DNA of 64,000 nt from Candidatus Saccharimonadales bacterium. GTDB lineage: Bacteria > Patescibacteriota > Saccharimonadia > Saccharimonadales > EFPC-124. A program made the translations under genes and the position numbers. The stretch is from NCBI GenBank assembly GCA_035280845.1, contig DATEFB010000007.1, positions 5,778-69,777 on the forward strand, read 5' to 3'. Of the stretch, positions 43,652 to 52,949 are shown one piece after another (the first letter of the stretch is position 1; each line of letters starts with the position of its first letter). Below the pieces are notes generated by a model that worked only from the letters and a program-made list of their open reading frames with translations, made no database searches and was not told the origin of the DNA.

Positions 43652-46105
43652 ATGGCACTCGAAAAGTACCACGCAAAACGCGATTTTAAGCAGACACCCG
43701 AACCAAAGGGTAAGCCTCGGGCATCGGGCAAAAAGTTGGCGTTCGTGGTACAGGAGCACCATGCTACGCGTCTGCATTATGATTTTCGGCTAGAACTTGA
43801 TGGCGTCCTGAAGAGTTGGGCTATTCCAAAGGGCCCGTCAATGGACCCGCACGAGCATCATCTGGCCGTCATGACCGAAGACCATCCATACGAATACCGT
43901 AAGTTCGAGGGTGTGATCCCCGAAGGCAATTACGGCGCTGGCAACGTGATTATTTGGGATGAAGGCTGGTACGAACCACGCGAGGAAACAGGCAACCAGG
44001 AAGATGTTTTGCGGCGCGAGGCCAAGAAAGGCCATATTACTTTTGTGCTTCACGGTAAAAAGCTGCACGGCGAATTCGCGCTGATTAAAATGGCAAATGC
44101 CAAAGACGATGACGCCTGGCTACTTGTAAAAAAAGGTGATGCTTTTGCCAGTACCAACGACATAACAAAGCAAGACGAGTCGGTAAAAAGCGGACGCACA
44201 GTCGACGAGGTACGGGGCGGCAAAAAAGTGCCCGACCTTTCTGCGTACGCTAAAAAAGCATCGCCGTGGGCGGTGAAACCAATGCTTTGCACGTTGGTGG
44301 ACGAGATCTTCGATAAAGAGGGCTGGTTATTCGAAATTAAGTGGGATGGCTACCGGGCAATCGGGCAGAGGCACGACTCTGACGTGCGGCTATACTCGCG
44401 CGCTGGCACCGATTTTATGACGCACTACCCGCCTGTTGCCGAAGCCTTTCGAGCGCTAAAGCACGACGTTATTCTGGACGGCGAGATTGTAGTAACTGAC
44501 GACGCTGGCGTACCGCATTTTGAATGGTTGCAAAGCTGGCGCCACGCACCGCAGGGTCGGTTGCAGTACCAAGCGTTCGATATTCTGTGGTGCGATGGGT
44601 TCGATGTGCGCACTATGCCACTTATTGAACGCAAAGCGTTGTTGCGGGCCGTGCTGCCGGGTGGATCGCTGCTTCGGTACAGCGACCACGTTGAAACAAA
44701 AGGCATGGCTCTGTTTGCTGAAATGCAGCGCCGGGGGCTGGAGGGCGTTGTTGCTAAAAAGGCAGATAGCCTGTACCAGGAGAATAATCGCGGGAGTGCC
44801 TGGCTCAAAATAAAGACGCATTTACGGCAGGAAATCGTGATCGGTGGGTATACTGAGCCGCGCGGTGGTCGCAAGTATTTAGGCTCGTTGCTCGCGGGCG
44901 TGTACCACAAGGGTGAATTTGTGTATGTGGGCCATTCTGGGGGTGGTATCCCCGACGACCAGCGCAAACTTCTGTTCGAGAGATTGCAGCGGCTGGAACG
45001 CAAGTCGTCACCATTTGCGACCGAGCCAAAACCAAACGCACCTGTGCATTGGGTGCGACCAGAGGTAGTCGCCGAAATGTCGTTTAGCGAATGGACCGAA
45101 GACGGCTACATGCGCCATCCTGCATTTGTGGGTCTAAGAACCGACAAGAAAGCTATAAACGTAAAGCGCGAGAAGCCAAAAAACGGCGTCGTGCCCGTAG
45201 CAAAAACAAAGGAGCATACTATGCCCGAGGCCAAAATAGAATTTACACACCTGGACAAAGTGTTTTTTCCAAAGCATAAATACACCAAAGGCGACATTAT
45301 TGATTATTACAAAACAGTCGCCAGTGTCATGTTGCCGTATGTAAAGGACCGCCCACATTCTATGCTGCGGCAGCCGGACGGCATAAAAGGCTTTGGGTTC
45401 TTCCAGAAAAACAACGAGCATTTGCCGGCGTGGGTGCCAAGCGCCGATATTTTTTCGGAGTCTAATAACGAAGATTTGCATTGGATTGTCGGCGGCGAGC
45501 TGGACACGCTTTTGTACATGGTGCAGCTGGGAACGATCGAAATAAATCCCTGGAATTCACGAGTCGGCCATTTAAACAAGCCCGACTGGATTGTGATTGA
45601 CCTTGATCCTGACGGCGCACGGACATTCAAAGACGTGGTCGAGGTGGCGCACACGGTAAAGGCAGTCTGCGACGAGTGGCACATTCCAACTTACCCAAAA
45701 ACATCGGGCAAAACCGGCATCCATATTTTTGTGCCAATGCAGGCAAAATACACCTATGAGCAAGCCAAGAACCTGGCGCATTTAATTGTGCTTGAGGTGA
45801 ACCAACGGCAGCCAAAAATAACCAGCGTCGAGCGCATGCCAGACAAGCGCCGCAACAAAATTTACCTGGATTTCTTGCAAAACCGCGAAGGCCAAACGCT
45901 TGCCGCACCCTATTCTGTGAGACCAACACCCGACGCGAGCGTCTCGGCGCCGCTGCACTGGCACGAGGTGACGCCAGCCTTAAAACCCTCTGACTTTACG
46001 ATTAAAAATATGCCTGCCCGCATTAAAAAATATGGTGATTTATGGAAGCCGGTCATGGGCAAAGGGATTGATCTGGCGAAAACACTTAAGAAGATAGGCG
46101 ATTAG
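43652..46105 (+). CDS. ligD: Multidomain ATP-dependent DNA ligase LigD (phosphoesterase-ligase-polymerase order)
   Basis: PE domain 'FVVQEHHATRLHYDFRLE...WAIPKGPS'. Ligase 'FEIKWDGYRA' (KxDG). Pol/primase domain 'PDWIVIDLDP...KTSGKTGIHIFVP'. Confidence 0.9.
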   Translation: MALEKYHAKRDFKQTPEPKGKPRASGKKLAFVVQEHHATRLHYDFRLELDGVLKSWAIPKGPSMDPHEHHLAVMTEDHPYEYRKFEGVIPEGNYGAGNVIIWDEGWYEPREETGNQEDVLRREAKKGHITFVLHGKKLHGEFALIKMANAKDDDAWLLVKKGDAFASTNDITKQDESVKSGRTVDEVRGGKKVPDLSAYAKKASPWAVKPMLCTLVDEIFDKEGWLFEIKWDGYRAIGQRHDSDVRLYSRAGTDFMTHYPPVAEAFRALKHDVILDGEIVVTDDAGVPHFEWLQSWRHAPQGRLQYQAFDILWCDGFDVRTMPLIERKALLRAVLPGGSLLRYSDHVETKGMALFAEMQRRGLEGVVAKKADSLYQENNRGSAWLKIKTHLRQEIVIGGYTEPRGGRKYLGSLLAGVYHKGEFVYVGHSGGGIPDDQRKLLFERLQRLERKSSPFATEPKPNAPVHWVRPEVVAEMSFSEWTEDGYMRHPAFVGLRTDKKAINVKREKPKNGVVPVAKTKEHTMPEAKIEFTHLDKVFFPKHKYTKGDIIDYYKTVASVMLPYVKDRPHSMLRQPDGIKGFGFFQKNNEHLPAWVPSADIFSESNNEDLHWIVGGELDTLLYMVQLGTIEINPWNSRVGHLNKPDWIVIDLDPDGARTFKDVVEVAHTVKAVCDEWHIPTYPKTSGKTGIHIFVPMQAKYTYEQAKNLAHLIVLEVNQRQPKITSVERMPDKRRNKIYLDFLQNREGQTLAAPYSVRPTPDASVSAPLHWHEVTPALKPSDFTIKNMPARIKKYGDLWKPVMGKGIDLAKTLKKIGD

Positions 46106-46187
46106 CTGGCTCGCTGCCCGACAATATGCTTGCGTTTAGCTTAGGCAAGATAGTATGCTCAAACTAATTAATATGTAAGGAAACTTT

Positions 46188-47312
46188 ATGGAAGAAAACA
46201 ATAGGCCGGTGGTTCCAAACACCGTGCCCGAACAGACTCCTGTTGCTGGCCCCGCCCCTGCGCCCGCACCAGCACCGCAACCTGTCATGCAGCCAGTAAC
46301 ACCAGTGGTTGGTGGCAAAAAGAACAAAACGCAGCTCCTTGCTGGCATTATTATTGCCGCATTGCTGGTGGCAGGCGGTATTGCGTACGCAGTGTACGCG
46401 TACGTTACCAACACGCCAGACTATTTGCTGAACCAGTCAATCACCCAACTCGCCAAAGAAGAGGCATTTGCTGCCAAGTTTAAGCTGACCAGCGGCACCG
46501 AAAGCAACGGCGTCAGCTTTAGCGGTGACATTGCTGCCCGTGGCGACAAAGCCACTAAAAACGGTGAGGCAGTCGTAGGTATTGGCGCCGGAGACAGCCG
46601 CGTAACCATTACGGCCCGTGTGCTCGGTGAAGAAACCTTCCTGCGTTTCGGCAGCCTTAGTAACTTCCCAAACCTCATGAAGTCACTTTCACCAAGCCAG
46701 GGTGAGCTATACGACACCCCAGAGTTTAAAGAAGCACTTGGCCGTGTCAACGATAAGTGGTTCATGCTTACAAAAGAAGAGCTGGCTGGCGTCGCACAAA
46801 GCACTGCCCAGACTGATTCGGTGAATGGATTCAAACCAGAAGATGTGCAGAAGCTGATGGATGTGTACAACAAGCACCCATTCTTTAAGGCCGACAAGAC
46901 CTTCGACGACGAAACTATCGACAATGTAAAAACCGCGCACTTCAACATTAAGATCGACAAAGCAACCTACAAGGCTTTCTTGACTGAACTGAAGAGCGCG
47001 AACGTGCAGTCGTTCAGCGTTACTGATTCAGACCTCAATAATGCCGACAAAGATGCTGATGACTTTGCTAAGAACGCCGCCGTTGAGTTCTGGGTCGCCC
47101 GGGATTCTAAGAAGTTGAAGCAAGTTAAGTTTGCAGGCCTCGAGGCTGGAAACCAAGCTTCAGTTGTCCTGACATTTGTGACCGAACTGCCTGCATTCGA
47201 GAAACTCGAGAAGCCTGCTGGCGCAACGCCATTCTCTGAGTTCATGACACTTCTGCTTGGGCCATCGCTTGGTGGACTGGGTGAAAGCGGCCTCGAAGCC
47301 GAAGACCTGTAA
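46188..47312 (+). CDS. Membrane-anchored extracytoplasmic protein, unknown function
   Basis: Pro/Ala-rich N-terminus 'GPAPAPAPAPQP', TM 'LLAGIIIAALLVAGGIAYAVYAYV', then a ~300-aa soluble domain. Confidence 0.5.
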   Translation: MEENNRPVVPNTVPEQTPVAGPAPAPAPAPQPVMQPVTPVVGGKKNKTQLLAGIIIAALLVAGGIAYAVYAYVTNTPDYLLNQSITQLAKEEAFAAKFKLTSGTESNGVSFSGDIAARGDKATKNGEAVVGIGAGDSRVTITARVLGEETFLRFGSLSNFPNLMKSLSPSQGELYDTPEFKEALGRVNDKWFMLTKEELAGVAQSTAQTDSVNGFKPEDVQKLMDVYNKHPFFKADKTFDDETIDNVKTAHFNIKIDKATYKAFLTELKSANVQSFSVTDSDLNNADKDADDFAKNAAVEFWVARDSKKLKQVKFAGLEAGNQASVVLTFVTELPAFEKLEKPAGATPFSEFMTLLLGPSLGGLGESGLEAEDL

Positions 47313-47330
47313 CCCGTCATTTACCGCAGA

Positions 47331-47360
47331 AACGCCGCACACACCAGTGCGGCGTTTTTC
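47331..47360 (+). terminator. Intrinsic terminator
   Basis: 10-bp stem aacgccgcac / gtgcggcgtt followed by TTTTT. Confidence 0.85.
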
Positions 47361-47376
47361 GGGTATACTAAGTGTG

Positions 47377-48666
47377 ATGATCAAAGATCTTATTACTCGC
47401 ATGCTCGAACGTCAGGCCGACCGCCTGCTTAAAAAGAACAAACCGATTATTGTTGCGGTGACCGGCAGTGTTGGAAAGACTAGCACAAAGCTGAACATTG
47501 CGACGGTGCTTGCCGAGAAATACAGGGTGCTTGCCCATTACGGTAGCTACAATACGCACATTGCGGTGCCGCTTGCCATTTTTGACCTTAAAGTGCCGCT
47601 GCGTCTTAAGAGTCCCTTGTCGTGGATCAAGGTGTTGTGGGCGACACAAAAGCAGCTAAGCCAGCCGTACCCCTATGATGTGCTGGTACTCGAGCTTGGC
47701 ACCGACCATCCCGGCGAGATTGAGTATTTTAAGAAATATATCAAGCCAGACATTGCCGTTGTGACAGCGGTCGCGGCCGAGCACATGGAGTTTTTTGGCA
47801 CCATCGACGCAGTAGCAAAAGAAGAGCTGGCAGTGACGCACTTTTCTAAAGAAACACTCATAAATTATGACGACGTAGATATGATTTTCTCGAAGCTGGT
47901 CCCCGAAGGCATTAACCTCGACACCTATGGTACAAGCGGCGTTGCTGAATACCGTTTTGAAACCCAGGATTACAAACCGGGCAAAGGTTTTGTGGGCTCG
48001 TTTGTGTCGCCCGAATTTGGTAAGCAACCAGTGACCTTGCAAGTGGTAGGCGAGCACAACATCCGCACCGTTGTGGCCGCAGGCGCGGTCGGCATTAAGC
48101 TTGGCCTGACTGCCGATCAGGTTGCTGCCGGCCTCGCAAAGGTTGTACCGGTCAACGGTCGGATGAACCTGTTAAAAGGCCTGGAGCGAAGCACGCTTAT
48201 TGATGACACATATAACTCGAGCCCTCTGGCAGCGATTGCTGCCCTGCAAACGCTCTACAAGTTCCCGACAAATCAGCGTATTGCCATTTTGGGCTCCATG
48301 AACGAACTCGGCGATTATTCTGCCCAGGCGCACCAGCAAGTTGGCGCCGCCTGTGACCCGTCTTTGCTGGATTGGGTTATTACTATCGGTGCAGACGCCG
48401 CCAATTTTTTGGCACCTGCCGCCGAGCAGCGGGGGTGTCGCGTGCGCAGCTTCACTAGCCCTTATGAGGCGGGAACTTTCGCGCACAGTATTCTGCAGGC
48501 CCGGGCAGTCGTGCTGGCTAAGGGTTCCCAGAACGGTGTGTTTGCCGAAGAAGCGCTAAAAGAACTGCTGGGCGAGGTAGATGAAGACCAGAAGCTCGTC
48601 CGCCAAAGCGCTGATTGGATGGCTATAAAACAAAAGCAATTCGGCGCCCCAGAAGCAAACGATTAG
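47377..48666 (+). CDS. murF: UDP-N-acetylmuramoyl-tripeptide--D-alanyl-D-alanine ligase
   Basis: 'IIVAVTGSVGKTSTK' P-loop, 'LELGTDHPGEI', 'DDTYNSSP', 'GSMNELG'. Start ATG 47377 (GTG alternative at 47374). Confidence 0.85.
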   Translation: MIKDLITRMLERQADRLLKKNKPIIVAVTGSVGKTSTKLNIATVLAEKYRVLAHYGSYNTHIAVPLAIFDLKVPLRLKSPLSWIKVLWATQKQLSQPYPYDVLVLELGTDHPGEIEYFKKYIKPDIAVVTAVAAEHMEFFGTIDAVAKEELAVTHFSKETLINYDDVDMIFSKLVPEGINLDTYGTSGVAEYRFETQDYKPGKGFVGSFVSPEFGKQPVTLQVVGEHNIRTVVAAGAVGIKLGLTADQVAAGLAKVVPVNGRMNLLKGLERSTLIDDTYNSSPLAAIAALQTLYKFPTNQRIAILGSMNELGDYSAQAHQQVGAACDPSLLDWVITIGADAANFLAPAAEQRGCRVRSFTSPYEAGTFAHSILQARAVVLAKGSQNGVFAEEALKELLGEVDEDQKLVRQSADWMAIKQKQFGAPEAND

Positions 48667-48675
48667 CAGCGACCA

Positions 48676-48993
48676 ATGACAATTCTTGATAAACGATCGG
48701 CAATGCGCAAAGGGCTGCTTGAATTGGCAGTTTTAAAAATAATAGCCAAGCAAAAAGCGTATACGTCAGATATTATTGCGCAGCTTGCGACAACTGAGTT
48801 TGCCACGCAAGAGGGCACGCTCTACCCGCTGCTCAGCCGCATGTCACGCGATGGCCTAGTTTCCCATGCCTGGACCGAATCTAAGAGTGGCCCGCCACGC
48901 AAGTACTACGAGCTGACCGAGCAAGGCCGGACCCATCTGTTCCAACTTGACCAATATTGGCGGTTGCTAGTCGCGACAATGCAGGAGCTGTAG
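48676..48993 (+). CDS. PadR family transcriptional regulator
   Basis: 'LELAVLKIIAKQKAYTSDIIAQL......EGTLYPLLSRMSRDGLVSHAW..SKSGPPRKYYELTEQG'. Confidence 0.8.
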   Translation: MTILDKRSAMRKGLLELAVLKIIAKQKAYTSDIIAQLATTEFATQEGTLYPLLSRMSRDGLVSHAWTESKSGPPRKYYELTEQGRTHLFQLDQYWRLLVATMQEL

Positions 48994-49033
48994 GATTGGC
49001 GAAATATTCATCTGGCGGTATAATATCCCCGAC

Positions 49034-49078
49034 ATGACCGATTATCGTTTCACCCTTGCCGCACTTCTCCTCCCCTAG
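49034..49078 (+). CDS. Candidate 14-codon Leu-rich leader peptide upstream of leuS
   Basis: TTGGCG-17-TATAAT (48996-49024), 9 nt, then ATG. Peptide MTDYRFTLAALLLP*. The last three Leu codons and the stop overlap the palindrome ctcccctaggggag (49070-83), followed by T6 (49088-93). Confidence 0.3.
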   Translation: MTDYRFTLAALLLP

Positions 49079-49134
49079 GGGAGCTGCTTTTTTGTACCAA
49101 ACAACCGACACATTAACCGAGGAGTACGCATTTT

Positions 49135-51996
49135 ATGAAACGATACAATCCCGCCGATATTGAACCAAAATGGCAAAAGGTCTGGGAAGACCAGCAAACA
49201 TACAAAGCCGACAACACCAGTAAAAAGAAACCATATTACGCGCTGAGCATGTTTCCATACCCAAGTGGTATTGGACTGCACATTGGCCACGCACGCATTT
49301 ATAGCACCACTGATGTGTTGGCACGTTTTATGCGCATGCAGGGGTACGAAGTGATGCAGCCATTTGGCTGGGACAGCTTTGGTTTGCCCGCCGAGAATTA
49401 TGCAATTAAAACCGGTACGCCGCCACAAGTTGTGACTAAGCAAAATACCGACAACTTTCGTACGCAGGCCAAGCATTTAGGCCTGTCGATTGACTGGTCG
49501 CGCGAATTTGCCAGCACCGACCCCGACTATTACCGCTGGACCCAGTGGTTTTTCCTGCTGCTGCACAGGCGTGGCTTAGCCTACCAAAAAGAGAGCGCCC
49601 AGTTTTGGTGCAATGAATGTAAAACCGTACTGGCAAACGAACAGGTTGTAAACGGGTGCTGCTGGCGCCACGAAGACAAGCCGGTAACCAAGAAGACCCT
49701 GAAGCAATGGTTCTTTAAAATTACCGATTATGCCGATCGTCTGGAAGCTGACTTGGACCAAGTTGACTGGCCGGAAGGCATTAAAAGTATGCAGCGCAAT
49801 TGGATTGGCCGCAGCAAGGGCGCCGAGGTGGACTTTGCAGTTGATGGCAGGGACGAGACCATTAAAATCTTCACCACACGAGCTGACACGTTATTTGGTG
49901 CCGCCTTTATGGTGCTGGCTCCCGAGCACGAGCTTGCCCGAACCATTACAACTCCCGAAAAGCTGCGTGACGTTGACATGTATATAAAGCAGGCCGAGAC
50001 CAAAACCGACATCGACCGCATGGACGAAGGCCAAGATAAATCCGGTGTCTTTACGGGCGCCTACGCAATCAACCCGGTGAATGGCGAGAAGATTCCAGTC
50101 TGGATCGCCGATTTTGTTTTGGGTGGATACGGCACTGGCGCTATTTTTGCAGATGCCCACGACAGCCGCGACGTTGCGTTTGCTCGCCAACACAACATTG
50201 CGCTCAAAGACACTATTGAACCCGAAACCGGCACGCCTCAACAAAACCCCGAATTCCGCCGCAGCATCGTTGCCATTGTGCGTAACCATAAGACCGGTGA
50301 AGTCTTAACGATTAACTGGGGCAAAATGGGCGGCAGCCTGTTTGTAGGTGGTGGCCGTGATGACGAAGAAGACATAATCGCCTGTGCCGAGCGCGAGATC
50401 CGCGAAGAAACCGGCTACACCAACATCCGCTTCGTAGCAAAAACAGGCACGATCCACCACAACTACTTTGCGGCAAGCAAGAACGTCGCCCGACGCATCG
50501 AGGCGCATGGTTTATTGTTCGATTTAGTCGACGAATCGCGCCAGGAAGCAAAGCTCGAAGCTGACGAACAGGGCAAATTCACTGTTGAATGGCTGCCTCA
50601 GAACGAAGTCGAATCCAAAGTGCGCGATGAGCTGCACGCTTTGGTCTTTACCCGCCTGGTCAAGAACGAGGCCTACACCGGCGAAGGCATTTTGGTTGAT
50701 TCGGGTAAGTACAGCGGCATGCGCAGCAGCGAAGCCCGCGAGCACATTGTTGCCGACCTAGAGGCGCAAGGCGTGGGCAAAGAGCGAGTCAACTACAAGA
50801 TCCGCGATTGGCTGATCAGCCGTCAGCGCTATTGGGGTGCGCCAATTCCAATCATCCACTGCCCGAAAGACGGCATTGTGCCTGTGCCCGAAGACCAGCT
50901 GCCCGTGCAATTACCCGAATTAAAAGAATTCCAACCTTCGGGTGATGGCCGGTCGCCACTGGCAAATGTCCGCGACTGGGTAGAGGTTGCATGCCCAACG
51001 TGTGGCGGTCCAGCCGAGCGCGAAACTGACACTATGGATGGTTTTGCCTGCAGCAGCTGGTACTTCCTGCGATTTGCTGACCCTAAAAACAATAGCGAAC
51101 CATTCAGCCGCGAACTGGCCGAAAAATGGCTGCCCGTGAACACCTACGTTGGTGGTGCTGAGCACGCGGTTATGCATTTGCTGTACGCTCGCATGTGGAC
51201 AAAAGTCATGTTCGACGAAGGCATGATAAGCTTCCAGGAACCGTTTACTGCATTGCGCAGCCAGGGAATGTTGCTGGCTCCAGACGGCGGCAAGTTTAGT
51301 AAGAGTAAAGGCAACGGCGTAGATCCCGAAGACGTTATTAATAGCGGATACGGGGCGGATGCGCTGCGCACGGTACTGATGTTCCTGGCGCCATTCGACC
51401 AAAAAACGCCGTGGAGCCCAGAAGCACTGGGTGGCGTGTACCGTTTCTTAAACCGCATCTGGACCATTGCTCAAGAGGTTGACGAAAAAGCGAAGGGCTC
51501 CGATCAAAGCGACGACCTGCGTCGTTCGGTGCACAAAGCCATTAAAAAAGTTACCGAAGACATGCAACAGATGGGCTTTAACACCGCCATTGCCGCCGTC
51601 ATGGAGTTGGTCAACGAGCTGTACAAGCATGCCAAGACTCAGGACATGGCGCAGTATGGCGATGACTGGCGCTGGGCAATAAAAACAACCGCGCAGCTTA
51701 TTGCGCCCTGTGCCCCGCATTTGGCCGAGGAGTTGTGGCAGCAGTTTGGCGGCGAGGGCTCGGTGGCGGTCAGTGAATGGCCTCACTTCGACAAAGCATT
51801 GCTAGTCGCTTCGACCATTACCATTGTGGTGCAGGTGAATGGTAAGATTCGCGCAAAGTTAGAGATGCCTGCGCAGGCATCGGAGGCTGATGTAAAGTCT
51901 GCGGCTTTGGCAGACGACCATGTTAGGCAGTTTGTGTCCGGCGATCCTAAGAAGGTCATTTACGTACCCGGCAAATTACTGAGTATTGTGGTTTAG
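49135..51996 (+). CDS. leuS: Leucyl-tRNA synthetase with an inserted Nudix domain (about residues 362-512)
   Basis: 953 aa. 'PYPSGIGLHIGH' (HIGH), editing domain 'TTRADTLFGA' and 'AHDSRD', 'RDWLISRQRYWGAPIP', 'KFSKSKGN' (KMSKS). Extra segment with a perfect Nudix box 'GGRDDEEDIIACAEREIREETGY'. Confidence 0.95.
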   Translation: MKRYNPADIEPKWQKVWEDQQTYKADNTSKKKPYYALSMFPYPSGIGLHIGHARIYSTTDVLARFMRMQGYEVMQPFGWDSFGLPAENYAIKTGTPPQVVTKQNTDNFRTQAKHLGLSIDWSREFASTDPDYYRWTQWFFLLLHRRGLAYQKESAQFWCNECKTVLANEQVVNGCCWRHEDKPVTKKTLKQWFFKITDYADRLEADLDQVDWPEGIKSMQRNWIGRSKGAEVDFAVDGRDETIKIFTTRADTLFGAAFMVLAPEHELARTITTPEKLRDVDMYIKQAETKTDIDRMDEGQDKSGVFTGAYAINPVNGEKIPVWIADFVLGGYGTGAIFADAHDSRDVAFARQHNIALKDTIEPETGTPQQNPEFRRSIVAIVRNHKTGEVLTINWGKMGGSLFVGGGRDDEEDIIACAEREIREETGYTNIRFVAKTGTIHHNYFAASKNVARRIEAHGLLFDLVDESRQEAKLEADEQGKFTVEWLPQNEVESKVRDELHALVFTRLVKNEAYTGEGILVDSGKYSGMRSSEAREHIVADLEAQGVGKERVNYKIRDWLISRQRYWGAPIPIIHCPKDGIVPVPEDQLPVQLPELKEFQPSGDGRSPLANVRDWVEVACPTCGGPAERETDTMDGFACSSWYFLRFADPKNNSEPFSRELAEKWLPVNTYVGGAEHAVMHLLYARMWTKVMFDEGMISFQEPFTALRSQGMLLAPDGGKFSKSKGNGVDPEDVINSGYGADALRTVLMFLAPFDQKTPWSPEALGGVYRFLNRIWTIAQEVDEKAKGSDQSDDLRRSVHKAIKKVTEDMQQMGFNTAIAAVMELVNELYKHAKTQDMAQYGDDWRWAIKTTAQLIAPCAPHLAEELWQQFGGEGSVAVSEWPHFDKALLVASTITIVVQVNGKIRAKLEMPAQASEADVKSAALADDHVRQFVSGDPKKVIYVPGKLLSIVV

Positions 51997-52051
51997 AGTG
52001 CAAAAGGCGGCACCCGGGTGAGCCCGGGGCCGCCTCGCATCTTGCAACCCG

Positions 52052-52597
52052 TCAATGTGCCAGCATGACACCACGCATGGCCGGCTGTTCCTGGAATGCC
52101 GCGACGAGCGATTCGACATCGCTCGTCGACAGCTCAGTGGCAGCCGTCAGACGCTCCACATATTCGGGGTTGGGGCCGCTTGCGACCAGTCCGCCCAGGG
52201 CTTCCCATTCGGCCAGGTCCAGATCGGGCACGGGCACCAGCGGTCGATGGCGCCGGTGCATGTCGTCGAGGTGGTCGAGGATGGTGATCGGCTGGCCTTG
52301 CGGCGAGTACGGTCCCCACTCATTCAGGATCCGAAGCCGCAGGCCTTCTGCGACGTCAGTCGCTCCGAGCCTGGCCAGCGCCGTGAAGACGCCAGTCGCG
52401 GTAGTGCGGTAGTCGAGCGTGCTGCTGTAGTAGGCGGGCCAGGGCCGCTCGTCGTCCCGCGGCTTGGTGAGTGTGGCCTCGGTCTCGGCGAACTTGTTCA
52501 GGGTCCGCAGGGCGAGGTACCACAACTCCCTTATGCGGTTGATGCGCATCCGTTCCTTGTGGGCGGCAATCGCGTCTGCGTCGGGCTCTCGGCTCAT
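52052..52597 (-). CDS. Hypothetical cytosolic protein (high-GC cassette D)
   Basis: 181 aa from ATG 52597 (AAGGGAG upstream). Third codon positions are overwhelmingly G/C in this frame, which argues for it over the antisense ORF. A GC-rich hairpin lies at about 52003-52035. Confidence 0.55.
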   Translation of the reverse strand: MSREPDADAIAAHKERMRINRIRELWYLALRTLNKFAETEATLTKPRDDERPWPAYYSSTLDYRTTATGVFTALARLGATDVAEGLRLRILNEWGPYSPQGQPITILDHLDDMHRRHRPLVPVPDLDLAEWEALGGLVASGPNPEYVERLTAATELSTSDVESLVAAFQEQPAMRGVMLAH

Positions 52598-52737
52598 CGG
52601 TACTCCCTTAGTCGGGTGCAAAATACGTATATACTATAAAATATTATATGACATACCACAATAACCATTGCGAGTTTCAAGTAGTTACGCTATAATTACG
52701 CTCAAGTAAATACAGATAAACAAAGGAGGCTTTCTTT

Positions 52738-52905
52738 ATGGGTAAACCAAAGAAGCAAACATCTCCGCGCAAGACCGGCCTGCGTCGCAGCCACTTGAGC
52801 CTTGAGCTCAAGCGCCGTGTCAACGGCTTACTGTCAAAGGCTGGCAAGAAGGTCAAGGCAGTTACCACCAAGCGCGAAACCGGTAAAAAGAAGGCTAAGG
52901 CGTAG
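52738..52905 (+). CDS. rpmF: 50S ribosomal protein L32
   Basis: 55 aa, below the ORF-track cut-off. 'MGKPKKQTSPRKTGLRRSHLSL' matches the L32 N-terminus. AAAGGAGG SD lies 8 nt upstream; TATAAT at 52692-97. Confidence 0.85.
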   Translation: MGKPKKQTSPRKTGLRRSHLSLELKRRVNGLLSKAGKKVKAVTTKRETGKKKAKA

Positions 52906-52949
52906 TCGCCTGAAGCTTAATTTCAGTTAACTTTAACAAACTTCTACTT

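Noticed and set aside
48994-49134. T-box riboswitch upstream of leuS
   Set aside because: The leader is only ~110 nt. It has no specifier-loop/stem I architecture and no T-box consensus sequence.
52055-52639. 194-aa plus-strand ORF antisense to cassette D
   Set aside because: Third positions are G/C-saturated in the minus frame, not this one. The minus ORF has an SD and ATG. The translation here is Arg/Gly/Pro/Val-rich noise.
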